IMG/VR virus record: IMGVR_UViG_3300032087_005453
Span: 1 to 64,000 of that record
DNA length: 64,000 nt
Source of the DNA: a virus
Reading direction: 5' to 3' (one strand)
The notes beneath the pieces were generated by a model. That model was not told the DNA's origin. It did no database searches and was given only the letters and a program-made list of their open reading frames with translations. Within the stretch, counting starts at the first letter, position 1; each line of letters starts with the position of its first letter. Both the position numbers and the translations under genes were made by a program. This document shows, in pieces, positions 7,204 to 15,875 of this stretch.

Positions 7204-8005
7204 GTACCTCAATTTCTATCAAACGGTTTTTCTTGGATGGAAACTTATCCTTTATTGCCTCAAGCTCAACAAGTATAGCTTGAAGTGTTTTACTCATCTT
7301 TGTCAAAGACATGTTTCTGTCTAACTGACGAACTCTTAAAACGACATATCCGCCACCAATTAGAATACCCTGCTTCGCAACATCAGAAGCTTGTTGCTTC
7401 TGTAGTTTTTCCTGACCCCAGATTGGCTCAAAGTGCCCCGGACCATCAATCTCAATTGCTGTCTTTAGTTCCGGAACAAAGATGTCAACCTCAAGGGTAC
7501 TACCGAAAACAAGATTTCCCTTGTGCGTCTCTACATTATATCCCAAACGCACCAGTTCATTGGCAACATATCTTTCAGTTTTTGAACCATTTCTGGAAGC
7601 TTCTCTAACACCTTCCATAGCCAAAGATCGAATCTCTTCTTTTTTAGCGTCGGTCAATTTTTCCCAATTGGCCTTGCTCATTTCTGAGATTCTTTTCTTT
7701 TCTGCGTTAGACAGACTGTGATAAGCCTTAGAACGAGCCTCCCCAATCTTGTCTTTATGAGATTGATCTAACTTCTTACCTTTTGTAGGATGTCTAGAAC
7801 GTCCTTTTTTAAGAGCAAGTTTCTGTGCCTCGGAATAATCTCGTTTAAAAAATTCCTCGTCATCATGCATTTCTCTACCAAGAAACTTTAATGCCCTAAG
7901 AATCTTATTAGAATACGTGCTAAAATCTTCTGCGATTTCGTAACTACTACAACCATCTTCCCATAATTTTAGGATTCGGTCTTTATTTCTTCTAGCAAAG
8001 TCCAT
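7178..8005 (-). CDS. Vsr/DUF559-like endonuclease with HTH and NUMOD3-like repeats (putative free-standing homing endonuclease)
   Basis: HPTKGKKLDQSHKDKIG and KKRISE NUMOD3-like segments; SKTE..VDIFVP..AIEIDGPGH..D catalytic motif. Confidence 0.7.
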   Translation of the reverse strand: MDFARRNKDRILKLWEDGCSSYEIAEDFSTYSNKILRALKFLGREMHDDEEFFKRDYSEAQKLALKKGRSRHPTKGKKLDQSHKDKIGEARSKAYHSLSNAEKKRISEMSKANWEKLTDAKKEEIRSLAMEGVREASRNGSKTERYVANELVRLGYNVETHKGNLVFGSTLEVDIFVPELKTAIEIDGPGHFEPIWGQEKLQKQQASDVAKQGILIGGGYVVLRVRQLDRNMSLTKMSKTLQAILVELEAIKDKFPSKKNRLIEIEVHDGEARRI

Positions 8006-8442
8006 ATTTCCTCCAAGTTACATTGTGTTGTGCCTTCTGGTGTAAATCCAAAAGCTTTTTTAAGTGGTTCTAAATATTCTTCTGATCTTACTATTACCTT
8101 TAATTGATTATTATGTAAAATGTCATAAACTCGACTATATTCAATCGGCTCAAACATCCAGTCAAGATCATGAATATACAAAACTTTGATCGCATTATTC
8201 GCACACCCAAGAATAGTCTCAGCATCTTTAAAAGAAAGAGCTAAAAGTATTCCATCACCAAATGAACCCATTTCTGGCATTTGATGAATGGCTGTCCTTA
8301 ATTGCACACATGCGTTCGTCATATCTAGTGGAACTACAGATACCTCTTCTAAACTTTTTTCCACTATTTCATTGATTGACTTAAATAGAGAATAGTTTTT
8401 AGCAGAATACCCCAAGTTTGCTACATGTACCATTGTTTTCAT
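7969..8442 (-). CDS. Hypothetical protein (possible glycosyltransferase-related domain)
   Basis: Coupled ORF in a glycan gene run; LYIHDLDW segment. Confidence 0.55.
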   Translation of the reverse strand: MKTMVHVANLGYSAKNYSLFKSINEIVEKSLEEVSVVPLDMTNACVQLRTAIHQMPEMGSFGDGILLALSFKDAETILGCANNAIKVLYIHDLDWMFEPIEYSRVYDILHNNQLKVIVRSEEYLEPLKKAFGFTPEGTTQCNLEEIWTLLEEIKTES

Positions 8443-9224
8443 TTGTATTCCTTCAATAGTTTGCTTTTTAATGATTTCAGGTCAGATGATACTTTTGACA
8501 GTCCAATTTTCTTGAAGATCCAAATCATTCTATCAACACTTGTGTCGTTTGCTAATATATCCTCTTTACTTGGAAGATCAGGATTATCGTATTCCTTCCC
8601 AGCAATAACTTCCTCCAAGTCAGATTTAAACTTCTCTTGATTGTCGGGATCAAATAAAATAGCGTTTGCGTCATTAATCACAGCATTCATGATCTCATGT
8701 TTTTCATTATCTAAAAAGATAGATGCACGAGAATTAGAATAAAATGAATTTAACTCACCTCTTGTTATATTCCCAGCATATCCGCTTATATTGAAAGGAG
8801 TTTTATGAAAAAACCTAAAGTCAAAATTTTTACTATTAACCAAATACTCTAATGACTCTTGAAAGACTCTAGGATCTCCATTATATATTACATCACCAGT
8901 GTATTTAGTGGAGTCATCTCTATTCCTTGGCAGTAAATCTACAAAATCTTTGATGTAATTATCCGCACCTTCATTCTCAAAAGAGAAACTTCTTTCTGAA
9001 TCCGACTCGTTAAAATTTATACAAATAGCATTAGTTTCAGCAGGATATGAAGTCAACACCGGAAGATTATGAAATATAACAGTTGGTGCAAACTTTTCTA
9101 GTTCTTCATTGGGTAATAGTTGATTGGCGTGTGCTACTGTATATGATGGTCCGATATTCCTTATAGCCTCCATTAGCCTAAAGAATCTAATATCATCGTT
9201 ATGATTAACAAAAAGTATTCTCAT
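8439..9224 (-). CDS. Putative GT-B fold glycosyltransferase-like protein
   Basis: MRILFV start and C-terminal Rossmann-like ELNSFYSNSRASI; context. Confidence 0.45.
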   Translation of the reverse strand: MRILFVNHNDDIRFFRLMEAIRNIGPSYTVAHANQLLPNEELEKFAPTVIFHNLPVLTSYPAETNAICINFNESDSERSFSFENEGADNYIKDFVDLLPRNRDDSTKYTGDVIYNGDPRVFQESLEYLVNSKNFDFRFFHKTPFNISGYAGNITRGELNSFYSNSRASIFLDNEKHEIMNAVINDANAILFDPDNQEKFKSDLEEVIAGKEYDNPDLPSKEDILANDTSVDRMIWIFKKIGLSKVSSDLKSLKSKLLKEYK

Positions 9225-9919
9225 TTAATAAGTTCCTTGATTGTTTGTATATTGATATTTTTATCGTTATGTATGTAGAAATCAATACTTTTAAATAAAA
9301 TAGGAAGCAACTGAATCATATTAAAGACTTTGCTCTTTTTTGCTCTATTTAATATTTTTTTAAACTTTTTAAAATCTTTCTTTTGCATATACATTATTTC
9401 TGACCATACGTCAGGAAGCCCGTATGAGGCATTTACTATTTTTTTATCTTTATTATACGATAGTCCTATATCATAATTTTTTTTGTCTGATCTATGGGAA
9501 AACAGTAAAGAGTTTGAAGTTTTTAAATCTATTGATTTGTCATTAAACAATCTATCTCCATAAATTATAAAAGTATTGGCATCCAAACAGCAATTGACCG
9601 CCATTTTTAAACTATCAAGAACAGTATTGTTTTTATATTGATGGTTATCTATAACTCTTATATCGTGATGATTATTAAATACGTAATTTGTAACATTATC
9701 TGAGTCAAATCCAGTTACCAAAAATACATCATAATCCACAAAAACATTTCTTATTGTATCAACCTGACTATCAATTAGGCATTTAGAACCCATAGGAAAT
9801 AAAGGTAAAGAACCATGTAAACCTCTTATCTTGGGCTTACTGGCTGATAATATTATAAAATTATGTTTTTCACGAGTTGTTGATTTAATCTCGTGAATAT
9901 ACCTAATTTTTGAATTCAT
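9221..9919 (-). CDS. NTP transferase (LicC/MobA-like nucleotidyltransferase)
   Basis: IILSA, LVTGF, NHQYKNN..SL and FIIYGD motifs; the glycine-rich loop is degenerate. Confidence 0.7.
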   Translation of the reverse strand: MNSKIRYIHEIKSTTREKHNFIILSASKPKIRGLHGSLPLFPMGSKCLIDSQVDTIRNVFVDYDVFLVTGFDSDNVTNYVFNNHHDIRVIDNHQYKNNTVLDSLKMAVNCCLDANTFIIYGDRLFNDKSIDLKTSNSLLFSHRSDKKNYDIGLSYNKDKKIVNASYGLPDVWSEIMYMQKKDFKKFKKILNRAKKSKVFNMIQLLPILFKSIDFYIHNDKNINIQTIKELIK

Positions 9920-10497
9920 TTGGTGTATGCTACATACAATGATTTTGGAATATGAATAACCATAGACTGCTGAAACGTATGAAGTTCAGGAGATTCCTGC
10001 CCAAGAAAACTGACAACCTTTTCTGTATTAAAAAATACACAAGGCATTGGCATTTGTTTTTTAATTGGAGGAGATGAAAGAAATGTTCTTAGTCTACCAC
10101 TATTGTTTATAGAAACATCGTAATCAGAGTATATTGCACCACACTCCTTTTCTTCTTTAAAAAGGGAGAAATTGACATCATCCAATGCATAAGTATTTAA
10201 AATTATGTTTTCCTGCATATTAACCACAGATTGATGAGCTATATATTCGATTATATTTGCCCTAGCCATAGATGTAAACTCAGAAGGATCGTCTGCACTA
10301 TGATCTAACACAGTAATGGTTGCTATATCTTCGTCATTAGCTTGTGCTATATGTTCTCCTACGGTATTCTCATCTGAGAATACAAATAGTTTCACATGAA
10401 CTTCATTGTTTTTAGATCTACACCCATCAAGAATGGTATTTAAATCATCAAGATTAATTCCAGAATTGATAGCATAATTTACAAGTACTTTATTCAT
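9916..10497 (-). CDS. Hypothetical protein (degenerate GT2-like)
   Basis: GAIYSDYD and HIPKSLY resemble GT2 C-terminal elements. Confidence 0.45.
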   Translation of the reverse strand: MNKVLVNYAINSGINLDDLNTILDGCRSKNNEVHVKLFVFSDENTVGEHIAQANDEDIATITVLDHSADDPSEFTSMARANIIEYIAHQSVVNMQENIILNTYALDDVNFSLFKEEKECGAIYSDYDVSINNSGRLRTFLSSPPIKKQMPMPCVFFNTEKVVSFLGQESPELHTFQQSMVIHIPKSLYVAYTK

Positions 10498-11212
10498 CTA
10501 TCTCTTTCCATGTAAATATTTGCGATTCTAATTTTTGAGTTTCTGTCATTTCCTTTATCTTGCTTGTGATATCAGCCATTAGATCTCCTCTGAGCCATTT
10601 GTACAAGAGGCACATGGTGGCAGACTGATGTACCCCGTCAGTACCAACTACATGTAATACCTTTTTCATCTTATGATTAACAGCAGAATTTAAAGCGTCG
10701 ATAATACCCGGATCAAAGTCTTTGTCGGAATCTAAAGTTATTAAATACCCATTCTTGACACGCTTGAACGCATCAAACAACAATTCATCTGTGTTATCCA
10801 AATAACTCTTCACACAAATGTAATCTGTGAATGTTATCTTATCTTCACATAATTTTTGTAGTCCATCCAGAGCACCTCTATGAACAACAACAAGATTGAA
10901 TTTGTTGATATTCTCAATACTTGATAATTCATCCAAAGTTTTAGACAATCCATCTAAAGAATTGACTATCAAAAGAATAGACCCAGAAATATACATTTCT
11001 TTTTCCAGAATGTCTGAAAGATTTGGATCGTCTTTGTGCTCCCAATCAAGATCTCTTCTAGATGGACAAACTCTAAGTACGACGGGTCCATCTTCTTCCC
11101 ATCTAATCTTGCTATCACAATCTTGAAACTTATCAAGATATCCTGTCTGGCAAGATTTATCATCGTTATTGTAAAAGCAGCAGTTCTTACAAAAAGTTGC
11201 TAATTGAGCCAT
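10490..11212 (-). CDS. Hypothetical protein with N-terminal Cys motif
   Basis: CKNCCF..C..C at the N-terminus; coupled ORF. Confidence 0.6.
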   Translation of the reverse strand: MAQLATFCKNCCFYNNDDKSCQTGYLDKFQDCDSKIRWEEDGPVVLRVCPSRRDLDWEHKDDPNLSDILEKEMYISGSILLIVNSLDGLSKTLDELSSIENINKFNLVVVHRGALDGLQKLCEDKITFTDYICVKSYLDNTDELLFDAFKRVKNGYLITLDSDKDFDPGIIDALNSAVNHKMKKVLHVVGTDGVHQSATMCLLYKWLRGDLMADITSKIKEMTETQKLESQIFTWKEIDE

Positions 11213-12843
11213 TTTGCTTTCCCGTCTATAAGTTTAGATCTATCTACTCTAACAGTTTCCCATATATTATAATTCTCTAGTCTTTTCTTCATAAAATTAA
11301 CTAGATGCTGTCTATCTACCGGAGAATGCTTTCCGTCATTTCCTGGAGAAAAGTCAGAAGTGAAAAATCCATCAAAATTCATTCTTGTTGCTCCTCTACA
11401 CAATGCTGAGTGTAGATTCCTAATATAGTGTGAGTTTCTATGAGAAGCGGTATACATGTAAACACTTAGCAAATCATTTATGAACTCGCTGTGAGATGAT
11501 TGTTCTGTATTGATATCTACAACTGGACGAAGAATAGGAGGCTGTTTCCAATCAGCATAATTACAATCATCGATTATATCTGCCCACTTCTTAGCGGTTT
11601 CATCCCAACTATAGTTTTCTTCGAAAAGTCTTCTTGTTGAACTGCCAAGCTCCTTTCTTTCTTCTTCGTTTTTCTTGTTGAAGAAAGTATTGAAAGTATT
11701 TACTATATCATCTTTTAAGGGCACCGCTCTGTCACACCCAGTTTCCAATTCTTGGTATGTATTGTACTTAAGAGGATATGCACCAAGTTTATGAACAACA
11801 TCTTCCATTGCTGAATAGTATGTACAGGCAATTGGAATTCCACAAGCCGCCGCCTCTACTTGAGGCAATCCAAATCCTTCGGAATTGGCACATTGAACAT
11901 ATAGGTCAAAACAGTTGTATACCTTCGCCAGAGTCTCGTCGTCAACTCCGTTTGACACACTAACTGGTGCCGAAGCATATTGCTTACATCCACTACAAAC
12001 TTTTCTAGCATCATGGAATGTGGAAACATCGAGTTTACTACAATTGTGACACCTATAACTAAACAAAACCCGCGAAGAAATGTTGTGCCTGTGTAACATT
12101 TCTGAAATATTCCATCCAGCATCAGGGTAGCTAGTATGGCAATAAAGGTAAGTATTAAGATCTCCAGAACTGTGTAAATATTCACCAAATGCCTCCAACA
12201 ACGCTGGAAATAATTTCCTTCTTTGATTTCTCATCACGGTTCCAATGATCTTCCAATCAGATGGGACTCCAAGAGAATCTCTAGCATTTTCTATCGGCTT
12301 GAATTCTTTTGAAGCTGATGGAGAGGCTGTTCCGCATAGGTTTATGGAAGGTCCGCCCTGTTTTTTAAGTACTTCACCAGCCCAATCTGAGTAGGTTAGT
12401 AGATAGTCTGCATCGGAAAACATATCAACCCACTCTACATTTTGTGGGCTAGCATCGACAGTTGGCATCCACGCCCATTCAAAGATCCTTCTGTACGGCG
12501 AGTGCCAAACAAAAGAATCCATCCAAAAGTCTCGAATACAAAGTACAATGTCTGGTTCAAAGTCCAGACATGCTCTTTCAAATCTCCAAGCACCAAATTG
12601 ATTTGTGGAATTGGAGTTATATAGTTGTTGCTGCTCTGCGGAATCATCCGGCATATTGCAGTAATTCTTCCACTTTATAGACTTTCTTCTTGAGTCTTCA
12701 GTGTTGCCATAGACAGAAAATTCCGCAACCTCATATTTATTTGACTTATACAGTCTATCTAGAACCTCTCTGCCATAGGTAGCATACCCAGTGCTAAGAT
12801 AAGATGCTTCTGTTAGAAATAATGCTCTTTTTTTTCTACTCAT
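11200..12843 (-). CDS. Glycosyltransferase family 4 with Zn-ribbon insertion
   Basis: TGYATY, RNQRRK, EGFGLPQVEAAACGIP; inserted CHNC..CSGC. Confidence 0.88.
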   Translation of the reverse strand: MSRKKRALFLTEASYLSTGYATYGREVLDRLYKSNKYEVAEFSVYGNTEDSRRKSIKWKNYCNMPDDSAEQQQLYNSNSTNQFGAWRFERACLDFEPDIVLCIRDFWMDSFVWHSPYRRIFEWAWMPTVDASPQNVEWVDMFSDADYLLTYSDWAGEVLKKQGGPSINLCGTASPSASKEFKPIENARDSLGVPSDWKIIGTVMRNQRRKLFPALLEAFGEYLHSSGDLNTYLYCHTSYPDAGWNISEMLHRHNISSRVLFSYRCHNCSKLDVSTFHDARKVCSGCKQYASAPVSVSNGVDDETLAKVYNCFDLYVQCANSEGFGLPQVEAAACGIPIACTYYSAMEDVVHKLGAYPLKYNTYQELETGCDRAVPLKDDIVNTFNTFFNKKNEEERKELGSSTRRLFEENYSWDETAKKWADIIDDCNYADWKQPPILRPVVDINTEQSSHSEFINDLLSVYMYTASHRNSHYIRNLHSALCRGATRMNFDGFFTSDFSPGNDGKHSPVDRQHLVNFMKKRLENYNIWETVRVDRSKLIDGKAKWLN

Positions 12844-13333
12844 TACTTGCTTTATACCTTTCTGCCACTTTGTTGATAACCGAAGCCACCTTGTTTGGAT
12901 GCATATTTAATTGTTTTGCGATATAACTATTATTATATCCATCCACTTTAAGTTTAATCACCTTTCTTTCTGAGTCATTCTTGAGATTAAAATAATCTTC
13001 AACATCATAAGTAACATCTAGAGTTTCATCCTTGTAAGATACGCTCAGGTCATTATCAAAAAGCTTAGCTCTTTCGACTTTTCCCAGTTTATTTGTTACA
13101 GATAATTTTTGATTTTTAATAAACTTAAGAATATCATTTTTAACACAATGGGTAAGAAAGGTGGAAATCCTACCACGTTTTGAATTATATTTAGATCCGT
13201 TCCTCCATACAGACATAAGTCCGACTTGATATAGATCCTCGCAGGAAAACAGACCGTTTTGAACATACATATTATGTGCAATCTTGCGTACCAATCTCTC
13301 ATTATCTTCAATCATCTTTTCAACATCAACCAT
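12836..13333 (-). CDS. RNA polymerase sigma factor (sigma-70 family, regions 2 and 4)
   Basis: LVRKIA..EDLYQVGLMSVW..YNSKRG.ISTF (region 2) and a C-terminal HTH; GAAAGG RBS before ATG 13333. Confidence 0.85.
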   Translation of the reverse strand: MVDVEKMIEDNERLVRKIAHNMYVQNGLFSCEDLYQVGLMSVWRNGSKYNSKRGRISTFLTHCVKNDILKFIKNQKLSVTNKLGKVERAKLFDNDLSVSYKDETLDVTYDVEDYFNLKNDSERKVIKLKVDGYNNSYIAKQLNMHPNKVASVINKVAERYKASNE

Positions 13334-13349
13334 TGTCTCAATACCTTTC

Positions 13350-13646
13350 TCAAGTAATAATTTTAAACTCATTAATCCTAAACACAACACCTCCATCAAA
13401 AGACTTACGTGCTGTTGAATTAATAATCAACAATTGACCGCCAGTATCAAGGTTGCTAAACAACACTAATGCCGCCGATCCCCAAGCTTCAAAAATTAGA
13501 TTCTCGACATCAACTTTCTTGGAGGAATCGTATTTGGTTTTCCGCTTGTTTTCAACCGCTAGTGTCAAAGTGACTTTTTCTTTGTCGTTGTCATCAAGCT
13601 GAAAGGTTTTGTTTACTACCCTCCCCAGAAATTTACAGTCATTCAT
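13350..13646 (-). CDS. Short SSB-like OB-fold protein
   Basis: MNDCKFLGRV, LAV, EAWGSAA; no acidic tail. Confidence 0.7.
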   Translation of the reverse strand: MNDCKFLGRVVNKTFQLDDNDKEKVTLTLAVENKRKTKYDSSKKVDVENLIFEAWGSAALVLFSNLDTGGQLLIINSTARKSFDGGVVFRINEFKIIT

Positions 13647-13655
13647 CTTATTACC

Positions 13656-15206
13656 TCAAATCACAAAAACCTTATCAACAATGAACGAATTACGCTTCTT
13701 ATCCTTAATTTCTCCAGAAAGAAGAAGAGTAGCGTCATTATAGATTATATCCCTGTGCTGCCCGTATACATCAGGAAATATTATAATATTTTCAGATTCT
13801 CCAGAATCATCTTCTACGGACAGAAATGCCATTACATCTCCGTTTTTTGTTTTATGTTCTCTTACATTTTTTACAATCACTGCCACAACACTGCTGCCCA
13901 TTTTACCATCGGCTATTTCTTTACATGTTGTGTTGGCGTGACAGGCGTCAGAGCAACTGTTTAGTTCGGAGTGGTTGATAGAGTAACCAAGAAGTCTTTC
14001 CTCTGTTTTGGCATAAACTACAGAGTTGTCACTAAGGCTTCTGCCGGGATTTTCAAGTCTGGATAAAACGCTTTCTACCTTGACGACTCTGTTTTGGCTG
14101 GAAATAAATCCACCATCTTTTTTGGTTCCGTACGATAGAAGCTTTTTAATGATATCGGCAACGTCACCATCGATATTTAGGTTTTCTTCAACAGCCTGCA
14201 TTTCTTTCTTGGTCAGTTCCATAAAACAATGGTACTCGTGAAGCATTGCTGTTCTGGACTTTCCAAGACCACCAAACGCACCAACCTTGATCAAGTTCTC
14301 AACGGCCCGCTTATTAACATTTCTCAAAACCTTAATTAGCACATTAGACCAGTCAAGTTCATTATCATTAAGCTGACCAAGTTTGTCTTTTAGCTGAAGA
14401 AGGTGAGCCTTGCCTACATTCTTGACGTTACAAATGCCGAAGTGGATGGCTCCCTCTGTCCAAGAAAAATTCTCTTCCAAGACTTTAAAACTGGGACCAT
14501 AAACGTCGATGTTTTCAGCTTTGGCCGCCATGATCAATTGACGCTTTTCCATATCGGGGTCAATTTTGTCGCTGGCACCGCCCAACCAGTTCTTAAAGAA
14601 CCTACTGGGATGATGACAACGTAACCATGCTGACCAGTATGCCATTTCAGCGTACGCTACAGCGTGAGATTTGTTGAAAGAGTAGCGTGCAGACTTTTCA
14701 ATCATGTCGAAAATCTCTACAGCCTTTTCTTCTTCAATGCCATTATCTTTACAACCATCGATATACTTCACACGAACTTTTCTCATCAAGTCAGCTTTTT
14801 TCTTACCAATAGCTTTTCTTAAGTCATCCGCTTCTTGAAGTGAGAACCCTGCCATAACTTGAGCAATTTTCATCGCCTGTTCTTGATATACAATAACTCC
14901 GTAAGTTTCCTTAAGTAGTTCATCAATACTCTCATGAAGACTGGGAATTTCTTCTTTGCCAAACTTACGGTCGACAAAGTGCTGAGTCATCGACTTGCCG
15001 TCAACAATAGCCTTGAGAGTACCCGGACGAATAATACTAATCAATGCCGCTAACTCAAGCATATTCTCTGGCTTTAAAGCTTTTGCCCAAGTTTTACCAA
15101 GATGTCCTTCAATCTGAAAAACACCTTTGACTCGACCTTCACCGATCATCTTCCAGACTTCTGGATCTTCTTTGTCAACACTTGTGATATCAATTTCCAA
15201 ATGCAT
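13656..15206 (-). CDS. dnaE: DNA polymerase III alpha, C-terminal part (fingers, HhH, OB)
   Basis: GVFQIE, IRPG, ETYGVIVYQEQAM, ADDLRKAIGKK, YSFNKSHAVAY, MAFLSVED. Confidence 0.93.
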   Translation of the reverse strand: MHLEIDITSVDKEDPEVWKMIGEGRVKGVFQIEGHLGKTWAKALKPENMLELAALISIIRPGTLKAIVDGKSMTQHFVDRKFGKEEIPSLHESIDELLKETYGVIVYQEQAMKIAQVMAGFSLQEADDLRKAIGKKKADLMRKVRVKYIDGCKDNGIEEEKAVEIFDMIEKSARYSFNKSHAVAYAEMAYWSAWLRCHHPSRFFKNWLGGASDKIDPDMEKRQLIMAAKAENIDVYGPSFKVLEENFSWTEGAIHFGICNVKNVGKAHLLQLKDKLGQLNDNELDWSNVLIKVLRNVNKRAVENLIKVGAFGGLGKSRTAMLHEYHCFMELTKKEMQAVEENLNIDGDVADIIKKLLSYGTKKDGGFISSQNRVVKVESVLSRLENPGRSLSDNSVVYAKTEERLLGYSINHSELNSCSDACHANTTCKEIADGKMGSSVVAVIVKNVREHKTKNGDVMAFLSVEDDSGESENIIIFPDVYGQHRDIIYNDATLLLSGEIKDKKRNSFIVDKVFVI

Positions 15207-15873
15207 TCTTGAAATTCTTTCTGCTTGCTGTAGTTCTCAACATTCTCATAGTTCTACAAAACAACTCAGCGGTCATAATAACGTCTGACATAGCATCATG
15301 TGCGGTGCCTTCTGAATATCCCATATAACCTCTAATAAGATTATCGGCAGACAGAGAGTTTACATCCTTGTTATTCTCGAATAATGCAAACATAAAGTCA
15401 AGCATATCTATGCTATGAATTCGCTGAAAAAGGTTTTGACCGCCTCTTTTTTCGTCACTAGGACCAAAATTATAAGGTGCTTGACAACAAAGTCTGTCTA
15501 CAATAATTGAGTCAAATCCTTTGATGTTGTATCCTACAGAGATTGGTGCTGACCAGTTGTTGCCCTTAAAGTTGTGCTCGTTAACATACTCTACAAAGTT
15601 TTGCCAAACTCCTTTTGTTGCTGGTGCCTTTTTGAGTATCTCTTTTGTTTTTCCGTGTACGGCAACAGCACCATCTTCTAGTGGATCTAAGTTAAGTTCA
15701 GCACACTTTTTTTCAGTAAAGATAGGTTTCATGAGTGATTGGAACTCAGTTCCTTTTTTGATCTCAAGTTTTCTACCATGCACCACAACTGCCGCTATTT
15801 GTACAGGCTGAGTAGTATGTGGATTAGCACTTGTAGTTTCAAAGTCATAGACAATATAGTCACGGTAATTCAT
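15190..15873 (-). CDS. DEDDh 3'-5' exonuclease (DnaQ/epsilon-like)
   Basis: VYDFETT (ExoI), GYNIKGFD (ExoII), AHDAMSD (ExoIII). Confidence 0.9.
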   Translation of the reverse strand: MNYRDYIVYDFETTSANPHTTQPVQIAAVVVHGRKLEIKKGTEFQSLMKPIFTEKKCAELNLDPLEDGAVAVHGKTKEILKKAPATKGVWQNFVEYVNEHNFKGNNWSAPISVGYNIKGFDSIIVDRLCCQAPYNFGPSDEKRGGQNLFQRIHSIDMLDFMFALFENNKDVNSLSADNLIRGYMGYSEGTAHDAMSDVIMTAELFCRTMRMLRTTASRKNFKNAFGN

Positions 15874-15875
15874 AA

